This document shows, in pieces, positions 23,728 through 37,129 of a stretch of 64,000 nucleotides of DNA (position 1 is the first letter of the stretch; every line of letters starts with the position of its first letter). The DNA comes from Macrostomum lignano. Taxonomy: Eukaryota. The notes beneath the pieces were generated by a model. It was not told the origin of the DNA, did not search any database, and saw nothing but the letters and a program-made list of their open reading frames with translations. The stretch spans positions 248,001-312,000 of the forward strand of contig NIVC01000136.1 of NCBI GenBank assembly GCA_002269645.1, read 5' to 3'. A program made the position numbers and the translations under genes.

Positions 23728-23839
23728 CCGGCGCTCTTCGCCGCCCAAAAAAAGGGCGTTGCCTCCCCCCGCGACAAAGACGCGGCGCCGGACAGGGCCT
23801 GCTGTTTACTCAACTGGCTGGAAGTAAATCCTAGGGGGT
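23728..23839 (-). ncRNA. Putative HDV-like ribozyme (copy 1) heading a ~250-bp short element
   Basis: On the - strand: P1 ACCCCCU/GGGGGGA; J1/2 hairpin UUUACU/AGUAAA; P2 CCGGCGC/GCGCCGG; P3 GCG/CGC with L3 UCUUUGU; GG-CAAC; P4 GCCC-U7-GGGC; J4/2 GGCGAA. Order and the GGCAAC/GGCGAA motifs parallel the HDV genomic ribozyme. Confidence 0.7.
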
Positions 23840-23904
23840 TGTGTTGTTGTTTTTAATTAACCCCATGTAACGCTAATCAGCACTGCGCTAATTTTTCTAA
23901 CTAA

Positions 23905-24290
23905 TTTTCCTTAGACTTTCCTCACTTCTTCTTTACCTTAGATTTTTTCATTTAGTCAAGTTTGCGAACCGAAGCATTCAGATGACATTTCGCTTCAGTC
24001 CTGATCTGGCACAATTAAAAACCCATCTTGCCGCCTGGGAACAGCAGGCCACTTAGCTGGGATATAAGAAGTCTTTAAATGAATAATTTAGCCAATTAAC
24101 AAATTTAGCTTCACCATCTGCTATAAAACGCACTGCAAAATATTGATTTTTACATCTCCCAGGTTGCAAGAGTTTTACTGACTGAAAACACTCAAGCGCA
24201 TAAAAAATGAAAACAATATTTATACTCAATAAACTTATTTTAATAGACGCAGGCATTCAATTTTTTTACATTTGAATTTCCAGTAATGAT
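23905..24290 (+). pseudogene. Empty FReP exon-3 module: intron-2 sequence fused directly to the 3' flank
   Basis: 23905-24135 matches the intron-2 ends at 16300-16435, 55550-55710 and 56870-57060. 24135-24290 matches the 3' flanks at 17070-17190 and 56345-56470. No FBG exon lies between them. Confidence 0.7.
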
Positions 24291-24292
24291 TT

Positions 24293-27200
24293 TTATCAGT
24301 ATTGTGCTGTCTGTTCTATCAGTATTGTGCTGTCTGTTCTATCAGTATTGTACTGTCTGTTCTATCAGTATTGTGCTGTCTGTTCTATCAGTATTGTGCT
24401 GTCTGTTCTATCAGTATTGTGCTGTCTGTTCTATCAGTATTGTACTGTCTGTTCTATCAGTATTGTGCTGTCTGTTCTATCAGTATTGTGCTGTCTGTTC
24501 TATCAGTATTGTGCTGTCTGTTCCATCAGTATTGTGCTGTCTGTTCCATCAGTATTGTGCTGTCTGTTCTATCAGTATTGTGCTGTCTGTTCTATCAGTA
24601 TTGTGCTGTCTGTTCTATCAGTATTGTACTGTCTGTTCTATCAGTATTGTGCTGTCTGTTCTATCAGTATTGTGCTGTCTGTTCCATCAGTATTGTGCTG
24701 TCTGTTCCATCAGTATTGTGCTGTCTGTTCCATCAGTATTGTGCTGTCTGTTCTATCAGTATTGTGCTGTCTGTTCTATCAGTATTGTGCTGTCTGTTCT
24801 ATCAGTATTGTGCTGTCTGTTCTATCAGTATTGTACTGTCTGTTCTATCAGTATTGTGCTGTCTGTTCTATCAGTATTGTGCTGTCTGTTCCATCAGTAT
24901 TGTGCTGTCTGTTCCATCAGTATTGTGCTGTCTGTTCCATCAGTATTGTGCTGTCTGTTCTATCAGTATTGTGCTGTCTGTTCCATCAGTATTGTGCTGT
25001 CTGTTCCATCAGTATTGTGCTGTCTGTTCCATCAGTATTGTGCTGTCTGTTTTATCAGTATTGTGCTGTCTGTTCCATCAGTATTGTGCTGTCTGTTCCA
25101 TCAGTATTGTGCTGTCTGTTCTATCAGTATTGTGCTGTCTGTTCCATCAGTATTGTGCTGTCTGTTCCATCAGTATTGTGCTGTCTGTTCCATCAGTATT
25201 GTGCTGTCTGTTCCATCAGTATTGTGCTGTCTGTTCCATCAGTATTGTGCTGTCTGTTCCATCAGTATTGTGCTGTCTATTCTATCAGTATTGTGCTGTC
25301 TGTTCCATCAGTATTGTGCTGTCTGTTCCATCAGTATTGTGCTGTCTGTTCCATCAGTATTGTGCTGTCTGTTCTATCAGTATTGTGCTGTCTGTTCTAT
25401 CAGTATTGTGCTGTCTGTTCCATCAGTATTGTGCTGTCTGTTTTATCAGTATTGTGCTGTCTGTTCTATCAGTATTGTGCTGTCTGTTTTATCAGTATTG
25501 TGCTGTCTGTTCTATCAGTATTGTGCTGTCTGTTCTATCAGTATCGTGCTGTCTGTTCTATCAGTATTGTGCTGTCTGTTCCATCAGTATTGTGCTGTCT
25601 GTTCTATCAGTATTGTGCTGTCTGTTCTATCAGTATTGTGCTGTCTGTTCTATCAGTATTGTGCTGTCTGTTCTATCAGTATTGTGCTGTCTGTTCTATC
25701 AGTATTGTGCTGTCTGTTCCATCAGTACTGTGCTGTCTGTTCCATCAGTATTGTGCTGTCTGTTCTATCAGTATTGTGCTGTCTGTTTTATCAGTATTGT
25801 GCTGTCTGTTCTATCAGTATTGTGCTGTCTGTTCCATCAGTATTGTGCTGTCTGTTCCATCAGTATTGTGCTGTGTGTTCCATCAGTATTGTGCTGTCTG
25901 TTCCATCAGTATTGTGCTGTCTGTTCCATCAGTACTGTGCTGTCTGTTCCATCAGTATTGTGCTGTCTGTTCTATCAGTATTGTGCTGTCTGTTCTATCA
26001 GTATTGTGCTGTCTGTTCCATCAGTATTGTGCTGTCTGTTCCATCAGTATTGTGCTGTCTGTTCTATCAGTATTGTGCTGTCTGTTCCATCAGTATTGTG
26101 CTGTCTGTTCTATCAGTATTGTGCTGTCTGTTCTATCAGTATTGTGCTGTCTGTTCTATCAGTATTGTGCTGTCTGTTCCATCAGTATTGTGCTGTCTGT
26201 TCTATCAGTATTGTGCTGTCTGTTCCATCAGTATTGTGCTGTCTGTTCTATCAGTATTGTGCTGTCTGTTCTATCAGTATCGTGCTGTCTGTTCTATCAG
26301 TATCGTGCTGTCTGTTCTATCAGTATTGTGCTGTCTGTTCTATCAGTATTGTGCTGTCTGTTCTATCAGTATTGTGCTGTCTGTTCTATCAGTATTGTGC
26401 TGTCTGTTCCATCAGTATTGTGCTGTCTGTTCCATCAGTATTGTGCTGTCTGTTCCATCAGTATTGTGCTGTGTGTTCCATCAGTATTGTGCTGTCTGTT
26501 CCATCAGTATTGTGCTGTCTGTTCTATCAGTATTGTGCTGTCTGTTCTATCAGTATTGTGCTGTCTGTTCTATCAGTATTGTGCTGTCTGTTCTATCAGT
26601 ATTGTGCTGTCTGTTCTATCAGTATTGTGCTGTCTGTTCTATCAGTATTGTGCTGTCTGTTCTATCAGTATTGTGCTGTCTGTTCTATCAGTATTGTGCT
26701 GTCTGTTCTATCAGTATTGTGCTGTCTGTTCCATCAGTATTGTGCTGTCTGTTCTATCAGTATTGTGCTGTCTGTTCTATCAGTATTGTGCTGTCTGTTC
26801 TATCAGTATTGTGCTGTCTGTTCTATCAGTATTGTGCTGTCTGTTCTATCAGTATTGTGCTGTCTGTTCTATCAGTATTGTGCTGTCTGTTCTATCAGTA
26901 TTGTGCTGTCTGTTCTATCAGTATTGTGCTGTCTGTTCTATCAGTATTGTGCTGTCTGTTCTATCAGTATTGTGCTGTCTGTTCTATCAGTATTGTGCTG
27001 TCTGTTCTATCAGTATTGTGCTGTCTGTTCTATCAGTATTGTGCTGTCTGTTCTATCAGTATTGTGCTGTCTGTTCTATCAGTATTGTGCTGTCTGTTCT
27101 ATCAGTATTGTGCTGTCTGTTCTATCAGTATTGTGCTGTCTGTTCTATCAGTATTGTGCTGTCTGTTCTATCAGTATTGTGCTGTCTGTTCTATCAGTAT

Positions 27201-28145
27201 TGTGCTGTCTGTTCTATCAGTATTGTGCTGTCTGTTCTATCAGTATTGTGCTGTCTGTTCTATCAGTATTGTGCTGTCTGTTCTATCAGTATTGTGCTGT
27301 CTGTTCTATCAGTATTGTGCTGTCTGTTCTATCAGTATTGTGCTGTCTGTTCTATCAGTATTGTGCTGTCTGTTCTATCAGTATTGTGCTGTCTGTTCTA
27401 TCAGTATTGTGCTGTCTGTTCTATCAGTATTGTGCTGTCTGTTCTATCAGTATTGTGCTGTCTGTTCTATCAGTATTGTGCTGTCTGTTCTATCAGTATT
27501 GTGCTGTCTGTTCTATCAGTATTGTGCTGTCTGTTCTATCAGTATTGTGCTGTCTGTTCTATCAGTATTGTGCTGTCTGTTCTATCAGTATTGTGCTGTC
27601 TGTTCTATCAGTATTGTGCTGTCTGTTCTATCAGTATTGTGCTGTCTGTTCTATCAGTATTGTGCTGTCTGTTCTATCAGTATTGTGCTGTCTGTTCTAT
27701 CAGTATTGTGCTGTCTGTTCTATCAGTATTGTGCTGTCTGTTCTATCAGTATTGTGCTGTCTGTTCTATCAGTATTGTGCTGTCTGTTCTATCAGTATTG
27801 TGCTGTCTGTTCTATCAGTATTGTGCTGTCTGTTCTATCAGTATTGTGCTGTCTGTTCTATCAGTATTGTGCTGTCTGTTCTATCAGTATTGTGCTGTCT
27901 GTTCTATCAGTATTGTGCTGTCTGTTCTATCAGTATTGTGCTGTCTGTTCTATCAGTATTGTGCTGTCTGTTCTATCAGTATTGTGCTGTCTGTTCTATC
28001 AGTATTGTGCTGTCTGTTCTATCAGTATTGTGCTGTCTGTTCTATCAGTATTGTGCTGTCTGTTCTATCAGTATTGTGCTGTCTGTTCTATCAGTATTGT
28101 GCTGTCTGTTCTATCAGTATTGTGCTGTCTGTTCTATCAGTATTA
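24293..28145. repeat. 23-bp satellite array, ~3.85 kb (~167 units)
   Basis: Tandem repeat read directly. CCATC and other variant units occur in the left part; essentially homogeneous from ~26750. Confidence 0.99.
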
Positions 28146-29220
28146 TAACGGTAGGAGTAACAAGCCATTTTTCCACCATTAGAAAAAGTTACAAACTGGA
28201 AAATGCTTCCTTGAAAATTTTTTTGCTGCGCCGTAACGGAGCAACGCAGGCGCATTTATTAAAAAACACAGGCTACCTTTTTTGTTGCGCACCTTCTCAA
28301 AGAAAAATAAGGTCGCCAGCTCTCCGGAATGTCGAGATATTCGACGATTTTGTCAGAAAGCTAAACACTATGTTCTCTAGTTTCGCTGTTGAAGCATTCA
28401 TGCCGTCGGTGCAATGACGGGGCCATAAGGGAATGCTTGACAGACTAGCCGAGGATGTAGAGCAGTGAGGTTTGCCCACTGTCGATGCTGGAAACTGGGC
28501 AGTTGGAGAATTTCGCATCGGGTGTTCACAGTCACTTCATAGTAGCCTGGCAGAACCATCGAATATCTCGACGGTCCGAAGGGCTGAAGATTTGATTGTT
28601 GTTTGATGAAGTGAAGGTGCGCAACAAAAACTATGAGAAAAAGGGAAAAAAACTCAGAGGGGGGATTCTACTCTTGGTAATTTTACGAGTAAACTCGGGT
28701 GTCTCCAGAAATTTGTATTGCATAAAATTATCTAAAAGCAAAAACCGAGATAGCACTTCATGAGCTGCAGATGAAAGAACGACCCAAGCTAAAAAACACC
28801 GTATTGAAGCTTAGACGAAGTTCGCATTGCAGACTGCAACAACAAAGCACCGGAACTTCCGAAAGGTCATCCAGCACAAACAGAAAATAACGCAGAAAGG
28901 CAGGTAAAATTGATGCGCTGCATAGCGCAAAGGTTTCGAGTGACGCATGCAGCGCCTCGGGATTCCAGACACTGTCTGGCAGAGATAAAAGTGCATTTAG
29001 TCACGAGATTCTGGCCAACCGAATCCCCAGCTGAGGAAAACAGTCTGATGCAAATGGCAAACCGCGTGACGCGTCTGGAATGCAAAGTGCAGCCTGCAGT
29101 CACGTGAAATTGATCCCATGGGCAGGGAATGCTTCTTCTGTATTTAAATGCAGCCATTTTACAGGATGCAGCTGCAATCCTCAGATCACCAATACAACAA
29201 CGAAAGGTGAACTTGACTCG

Positions 29221-32200
29221 ATGCAGCTCTTTCAGTTGCGAGTTTCTGCAGCGTTGGCTCTGCTGCTCTGCTCGCTGGCAGCCGGCCAGGTCTCCCAGTG
29301 CGCTCCCGCTGACTCTCCGCGGCTCCGCTTCGTGGCGCAGCTCAGCGTGAACGGCTGCGCGCTGTTCGTGCACGACACGGGAGCGAGCGACGGTCCGCAC
29401 TTGGCAGTCGAGCCGCTCATGTGCGTGACGGACAGCCTGAGAGGCATTGTTCCCCGATTCGACTTCATCACCCAGCAGCTGTACTTCAGCGTTCCTGTAT
29501 TGATGAAGGATTCTGGAATGCTCGCAGAGGCTCAGCGTCAACTGCAGCATCTGTCACCGAGGTCTGTGAGCTTCGCCACGGTGACCAACATCAGCGTCTC
29601 AGCCGACACCCGCTCATCGGTTCGGGTTTTGGGCTTCCTGTGGACTCCGGATGAGTCAGTAGCCACTCTGAGACTCGGCTTTGCAGAGAAGAACACATAT
29701 GAAACTCTAAAACTCCGAGAAAACATAATTCTAAGACTTCTGAATATCGACCCAATGAGAACCTTACTAATTCAAAGTACCGAGACGCAGATCGTAGAGA
29801 AAAAAAATGAAAGTTCAATAATCGAGACTCTAAAAAATGTAAAACTCTCAGCTACTCTTCTGTCGAATAGTTGTTTCCATGACATTCAGAGCCGCATCAT
29901 GCTGCAAAACGACAGCTTCATCGAAGTCGGCTTGTACAGGAAAAAATTCTTACCCGCATGCCGACAGCTGCGGTTCAGTCGGTACGTCAAACTCGAGAAC
30001 TGCTCTGCCCAAGTGCACCAGAACCTCAACATCAAGGGCCACTTCCTCATCGAGCCTCTGCTGTGCCACAACATCTCCAGCTTGAGCAGCGAGTCAGTCA
30101 GGTATGACTACAGCCGAGACATGCATTACCTGAAGCTGGATCTGGTGCTGCAAGATGAGGCCACACGCGATGCTGTGAGGACTCAGTTGGCCGACTTGTC
30201 GCCTCGCTCGGTCGACTTCATGCGGCTGTGGACTGCTGAGAGATCGGTGAGCTCTTCGTTGAGTGCTCGGTTCGAGGTGGGTCCGCTGATGGCGTCGGCA
30301 GACTGGAGGTCCGCTCAGCTGCGGCTGCTCTGCGGAAACTGGACGGAGTGCCGCGATCTCAGGTTGGCTGACATTTTGTTTAGGAAGGTTTGAGGTTTCA
30401 TACACGTAAAGTCTAAATTAGTTTTTATACTTTTTATTTGCTTTAGACTCAACAGATTATGATGTTAGCGCGAATACGAGCTAAAACTAAGGTAGCAGTT
30501 GGGTGCAGAGTAGGTTTGAGTGGATACGTTTCTGATGGCCCGAATTACTGACCTTATAAATGCGGTAGCACGCATGGCAAAAGTGCTAAAATTTACATGA
30601 TAATTATATGCTGGCGGCATTGTTACTCTACTACTTTATACCAAGACAGTGAAAAGACGTGAATGAAGTAAATGTAGTCTTCAAGGGTGGGAAGATTCCA
30701 TATTTGCTTTTTACTTTGCTGTTTGGTAGAGGAGGTAATACATGTGGGGCCCCACACCCCCGCTTCACTCTCAAGCCACACCCCTGCCTCCTTTCGACTT
30801 TGCCCACCGGTACACAAATCCTTTGTAGAATGTTGACTTGGCCAGACGCGACATCCTTGCCTATATGTATCGAAAAAAACGTCTTTTTAGCAGAGATGAT
30901 TCCTGCCGTCCTAAAAATAGAGTGTTGCTCTTTTCTCCCGTAAAATCTAAAAAATAACTTCTGTTTGCAAAAAATCTTCCAACTTGAAAAACTTCCAACT
31001 TCTAGTAATTCGAATCTTGGTAACACGCAAATGCAAGGCGACTGACTTATTCACGAAAAACCACACGCATTTTATATTCTTGATTGCCTTTAGCAGCCAT
31101 GTCTAGGGTTTTTAGCCCTTGTTAATAGCTCGTAGTTGGGATAGAGGTGAACATAAAATGGAATACATTCGTGTGGATGTAAAATTATAGGATTTGAGGC
31201 AAACATTGAAACTGTCAATACATAGAATGTCAGGCAATGTCTATCTGACTCTAAAACATGTATTGTCAAACTCTGAACTCTGTCTCTGCCTCTCCCTACG
31301 TGCCTTGGATCCTTTGAAACTTCCATCTTCTTTTCTGTTTCCTCTTCTCTCTCTTCTCTCTCCTCTTCTTTCGTCTCTTCCCTCTCCTCTCTATTCTTTT
31401 CTCTCTCCTCTCATCTCTTTTTCTCGTGTTTCTGTTCTCTTATCTCTCATTTCCCTCTTTTATCTCTTCTGATTTCTCTCTGCTCTATCTCTCTCTTCTC
31501 TCTCCTTTCATATCTCTGCTCTCTGCTCTCCCATCTCTCTTCTCCTTTCGACTCTCTCCTCTCTTCATTCTCCCCTTTTCTCTCCTCTCTCTCCCTTCCC
31601 CTCTTTCCCCTGGTTCTTGATTCTCTACCCTCCTCTCTCCTCACTCACTTCTATCCCACTTTGTCTCACCTCTCCTGTCTCATCTCTTCTCTCTTCTCTC
31701 CTATCTCTCCTTTCTCTCTATTCTTCCATCTCTAATCTGTTCACTCTCGTCTCTGCTCTGCACTCTTCTTTCCCCACTTTTGACTGCTATTTTTCCTTTC
31801 TTCTCTTTTATTCTCTTCCCTCTTCTATACTCTCACTCTAAAAAGCAGCCAAACTTTAAAAGCGCACATCGCTGTTCAGGATTAACCTTTAAACTTGAAA
31901 TTTCACACGATTGTGTTACAGATTATTGTCTGTGTCAAACTTAAAGAGGATTAATAAAAGTAGAGCGGCGCTAAGGAGGATTTTGTGAAAAATCCTGCTT
32001 TTCTAGCAGTTTTTTGCTTTTTTGAGTAGAAAGACTTAGACTTAGGAAATTTTAAGGTAAGCCTAAGACATTCTCCGTAGTGAGTTCAGGGTGGGTGCAA
32101 AAATTGGTTTGATTTGCTTGAGCGGTTTGGGCGTCCATAGCGATCAAAATTGTACACAGACAGACACACAGACAGACACAGACAGAGTTTTGATTTTTAT

Positions 32201-34958
32201 GGGTATAGATAGAAGATTTTGCGGCTGCTAGGTGCCAAGCTATACATTTTCAAATGTTTCGACAGGTAAGCGAACAGATATTAATACCTGCTAACTTAGG
32301 AAGCAGAATTCAGAACTGATACAGTTGCATAGTGACTCCAAGGCGCTATAGACACCAAACTTGAGTCTCCAGTTGAGTTATTGGTACAGCGGTACTCAAA
32401 TATTGCCTAAGAATAGCCTTTTGAAATTCTGAAGCAATCTTCTCAAAAATACGCATTTCTAGCTGTCGTATCGAAAGATTTATGGAGTTCACTCGCTGTT
32501 TTATTTTTATCGATTGACTGACAATTCTTCATTGAAACGTGTGACTAAGTGTGTGCGTTCTTTTAACTTTAAGCTGCCGGACGGTCAGCAGAGCTGACAA
32601 TGGACCAACAGCCTTTTCTGGTGGTAATTTTTTGGAGTCAATGGTAAAAGAAAAATGATGTGCTGCACAGTAGACGTTCCTGCCGAGCATGGTCAGCAGC
32701 ACTGAACATTTACGAAAAATGGGTGAAAAACTTATCTGCAATGGAATGCAGCGACTCGGTTTCAGCATTCTCAGTGATGACATCATCAGTCTCAGAATCC
32801 GATGTATGCAAAATTTCTATGGTTGTAGCTGATTCACTTTTCAATAAAATGATGCACTATTCGTATTAAACCCCGAGAATGCGGGTGGCCTGCTCTGCAG
32901 GCCATAGCTAATGGTCTATGGCTTGCGAATCATTTGAATGCTGTTTCGAAAATAAGTCTGCATAACCGTAGCTTGCGGCTTTGGCCTGCTCAGCAGGCCA
33001 TGCCTATTTTATAAACAGAAAACATTTGTGAATCACGGTCAACGAGTCTTTCTATCGAGCATTAATATTCTAGCTATAGTCTATGGCCAGCCCAGCTGAC
33101 CATTTCGCAGGAACGAAGCTTTTGTATTTCTAGCTCCGGCGCAAATAGGTTTTAAACATTGCCTTTGTCTTTGACGCATTTAAGCAAAAACCGTTTGTAA
33201 ATCGATCATGCCATTTAAAAATGGCAGCGTTTAAAATTTGACAAAGTTGACTTGTAATGTGTCAATCTGTTGCACGTCTTATCAGGGACAATTTCTTTTC
33301 AGAAAGACATGGTATTTCTGGCTCAATCGTCAAACAAATAGTATTTTGCGTACATACGTAGTGAGATTTTGAATTCATTCGAAAGACGTACTTTAAATGC
33401 GTGCTCATTTATATTTTTGTTCTTTTCATTCCTTCATAGCCCTGTGCCGTTTAAACAAGTAATTGACGACTTCCAGGACTGCTGTGCTGGCGGAGCCCGC
33501 TGACCTGTGGCGACACGTGCAGTGGCGGGTGACATCGCTGGTTGCTAAGCAGTGCCTCTCCAAGTCCAGCCAAATGGCTTCATCATGGAGAATGAAACCG
33601 CCTGTAAGCGACAGCTGCTACAGTCTGAAGTCCTGCGCCAGGCTGCAATGCGCCTCTGCTCAACGCACAGCGAACTCTTCCAGTGCGGTTCAACTGCAGC
33701 CAGACGGTCGCTGCTTCCTGAAGTTTCAGCAGCGACTTACTGGCAGAGTGAGTTTCCAACGAAACTGGACTGAGTACGAGACTGGGTTCGGTGACGGCAC
33801 TGACTTCTGGATCGGTGAGTGGCTTGTCAAGCCTACAGTTCCTCTGTAGGCTTTGCGCTGAATTGGATGTCATGTTACAAACAAGTAATTATTCGTTCGA
33901 CGCTCGTATCCAACAAACAACAGCAACAACAACAAAGTACGCAGCCCAGCGTGCAAGTAACAGTTAGAGCAGGACATGTCAGATGGCGCGTCCCAGATCT
34001 TGAGAGCAGACGAAGTTCGCCCCGTTGGCAGTGTCGAGCTCCCCGGCGTCGCATAGTATGCATGAAATTATTAAGCTAAATAAATGAAAATGTAAAATAT
34101 AATCAAATGCCTTGAAAATTTAATTAACTGTTTTAAATAAACCATTCAATTAATTATCTAGAGGCACATTGATATAAAAGATCCAGCAAAGTTGCAAGTA
34201 AAAATGATTCAAGTTTTTGTGCGACTCAACTTTAAATTTCTAACCCCACTGTCACCAGTGCAAAGTCTCTTCAAGCTTAAAATCAATATTGGAGGAGATA
34301 GGGCAGTCTGAGTGGAGAAGAGCAGATAAAAGGCCGTACAGCTGAAACATCGCCAGCTTCCAAGTGAGCTGCATCAATAGAATTCATTGGCGCCTCAATC
34401 CAGACTGCCTGCGCAAGTCAGGCCCAAAATTATGGAAAATATATTTTCATCAATTTTGCGTCACGACTCACCTGAAAGCAGCGGCGACAAGCCGAGCAGA
34501 AGTGACTCAGACTCAGCCGCTCTCCTCCCGCAGGTCTCTCCGCCATCCACTCGCTCAGCCAGGGCGGCGCCACCCTCAGAGTGGAGATGAAGCTGTGGAA
34601 CGGCTCTGAGCTGCATGCGGAGTACGCGGGATTCCAGGTGGGAGACGCCAGCACTGGGTATCGGATGACGTACCGAGAGATGCTGAGGGACAGGTCCAGT
34701 GTCAGCTGGGATGCTTTGCAGCTCAGCAAAGGCATGCGGTTCTCCACGATGGACAGGGACAATGACGTATGGGATGCTCAGTCATGCTCAAACACACTCG
34801 GAAATGCAGGTTGGTGGTTTCATTACTGCCGCCACTTCAACCCTAATGGACTTTATCCTTCGCAAGAGAAGGTAGATATAATTGGCAACATGGTGTGGTA
34901 CATTTCTTATAGTAAGAAACTGTCTCTTCGTGAAGTGCGGCTGATGCTACAGATTTGA
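29221..34958 (+). CDS. Secreted fibrinogen-related protein, unit C: join(29221..30362,33477..33814,34534..34958), 634 aa
   Basis: Same structure and intron phases as unit B (ctcag|gttgg, ttccag|G, ATCG|gtgag, cccgcag|GT), in frame with no stops. FBG motifs FSTMDRDND and AGWWFHYCRHFNPNG. Confidence 0.82.
31290..31840. repeat. CT-rich low-complexity tract in intron 1 of unit C
   Basis: Polypyrimidine tract read directly. Confidence 0.9.
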
Positions 34959-35585
34959 GATTATCAACCGCAAAATACCGATTTTTAAAGTCTCTTTGAT
35001 GCAAGAGTTTCACTGAATGAAAACACTCGACAGCATAAAAACTAAAAACAAAATTTTTGCCAGTTTAAACTTAATAAACTCATTTTTATATACTTATACT
35101 TTTTTCAACAATATGCTAATCAGAAAATGCAAATCATCCTAACGCAACGCATCTGTGCAACTCAAATACAGAGTGTTTGTTCGCGACTTTTCCTTCACAT
35201 TTTTTGCACTCGAATTTCCTACAAATTGCCAGCTGAAAGCCTCAAGTTTGTTGCTACGAGCGTATGAAGCTTTTCTAAAGTCTTGCTTTTCTGATACTGA
35301 CTGATAATCGCCTATAGATGCCTGTGATTTGAGCGCATTTTAAATGGATATATACACACGCACATGTGATGAACGGGAGGGAGGAGACTTCAGGTTAGTT
35401 GCCTCACCTGGGTTCGTGTACTGAACCTTTAGCGCTACGGTCCTCCAACCTACTAGCGTACGAAGCAAGAGTCGGTTGAGATCTCGGAACGGCCCAGGCT
35501 TGGCTAGGTCGTCGGCTCGGCTTCAAGACGAAGATCGCCACTACATTTATACTCGCAGTCTCAAAGCGTTGACCGGGGAGGGGCG

Positions 35586-36537
35586 GTGCTGTCTGTTCTA
35601 TCAGTATTGTGCTGTCTGTTCTATCAGTATTGTGCTGTCTGTTCTATCAGTATTGTGCTGTCTGTTCTATCAGTATTGTGCTGTCTGTTCTATCAGTATT
35701 GTGCTGTCTGTTCTATCAGTATTGTGCTGTCTGTTCTATCAGTATTGTGCTGTCTGTTCTATCAGTATTGTGCTGTCTGTTCTATCAGTATTGTGCTGTC
35801 TGTTCTATCAGTATTGTGCTGTCTGTTCTATCAGTATTGTGCTGTCTGTTCTTATCAGTATTGTGCTGTCTGTTCTATCAGTATTGTGCTGTCTGTCCTA
35901 TCAGTATTGTGCTGTCTGTCCTATCAGTATTGTGCTGTCTGTTCTATCAGTATTGTGCTGTCTGTCCTATCAGTATTGTGCTGTCTGTCCTATCAGTATT
36001 GTGCTGTCTGTTCTATCAGTATTGTGCTGTCTGTTCTATTAGTATTGTGCTGTCTGTTCTATCAGTATTGTGCTGTCTGTTCTATCAGTATTGTGCTGTC
36101 TGTTCTATCAGTATTGTGCTGTCTGTCCTATCAGTATTGTGCTGTCTGTCCTATCAGTATTGTGCTGTCTGTTCTATCAGTATTGTGCTGTCTGTTCTAT
36201 CAGTATTGTGCTGTCTGTTCTATCAGTATTGTTTTGTTTGTTCCATCAGTATTGTGCTGTCTGTTCTATCAGTATTGTTTTGTTTGTTCCATCAGTATTG
36301 TGCTGTCTGTTCTATCAGTATTGTTTTGTTTGTTCCATCAGTATTGTGCTGTCTGTTCTATCAGTATTGTGCTGTCTGTTCTATCAGTATTGTGCTGTCT
36401 GTTCTATCAGTATTGTGCTGTCTGTTCTATCAGTATTGTGCTGTCTGTTCTATCAGTATTGTGCTGTCTGTTCTATCAGTATTGTGCTGTCTGTTCTATC
36501 AGTATTGTGCTGTCTGTTCTGTCAGTATTGTGCTGTT
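35586..36537. repeat. 23-bp satellite array
   Basis: Tandem repeat read directly, including tccta and ttttgttt variant units. Confidence 0.98.
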
Positions 36538-37129
36538 TTTCATGTTTTTTTCAGAGTTATGACATAATTTATGCAAGCAGACGGGCTCCATGGAACTTCA
36601 CTTACCTGTTGTGATGAATTGAGATTGAGACGAAGCGATTGAATTGGCTTGAGCCGCAAGTTGTAGACAGCGTTTCTAAACTGACGCGTTGGTCCTTTAT
36701 ATTGTATTATAGAACTGAGTACATGTAGTTAGGACGAACGATGTACATTGCGAAGAAGTACTGTACGCATAAATAGAAATCGATCAGTTCAGCGGAGGGG
36801 GAGGGTCTACAATGGTAAGCTAATATTGAGCAGCCAAGCGCACAAAGCAGTATAGTTCAAATCGGTATAAGACAGCCAATTCACACCTGTGGGTCATTTC
36901 GGAGCCGCACTGAGTTCTCTGAGTCGCAACGCAAGACGCATGCATTCGAGCAAAGCCTTCAGTTTAGAGTTCACCTGCCAAGGCCTCATCAGGGCTGCTG
37001 AAAACACCGCTTCCAAGACAGGAAGCCCAGCTCGCATTGCTGAGATTGACTCGAGCCCGGCACGCGCCGGTATTGCAAATCTGACGACTGCTGGCTGGCA
37101 TCCAACCGCAGAAACACAGGCGAGTTGAC

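Noticed and set aside
24293-28145. Possible CRISPR array
   Set aside because: Head-to-tail monomers with no unique spacers, no cas genes, eukaryotic context.
24286-28417. 1270-1370 aa Cys-rich ORFs in all three + frames (also at 13-1350, 35476-36614, 49767-50105)
   Set aside because: Artefacts of a stop-free 23-bp satellite. All frames give the same 23-aa periodic peptide.
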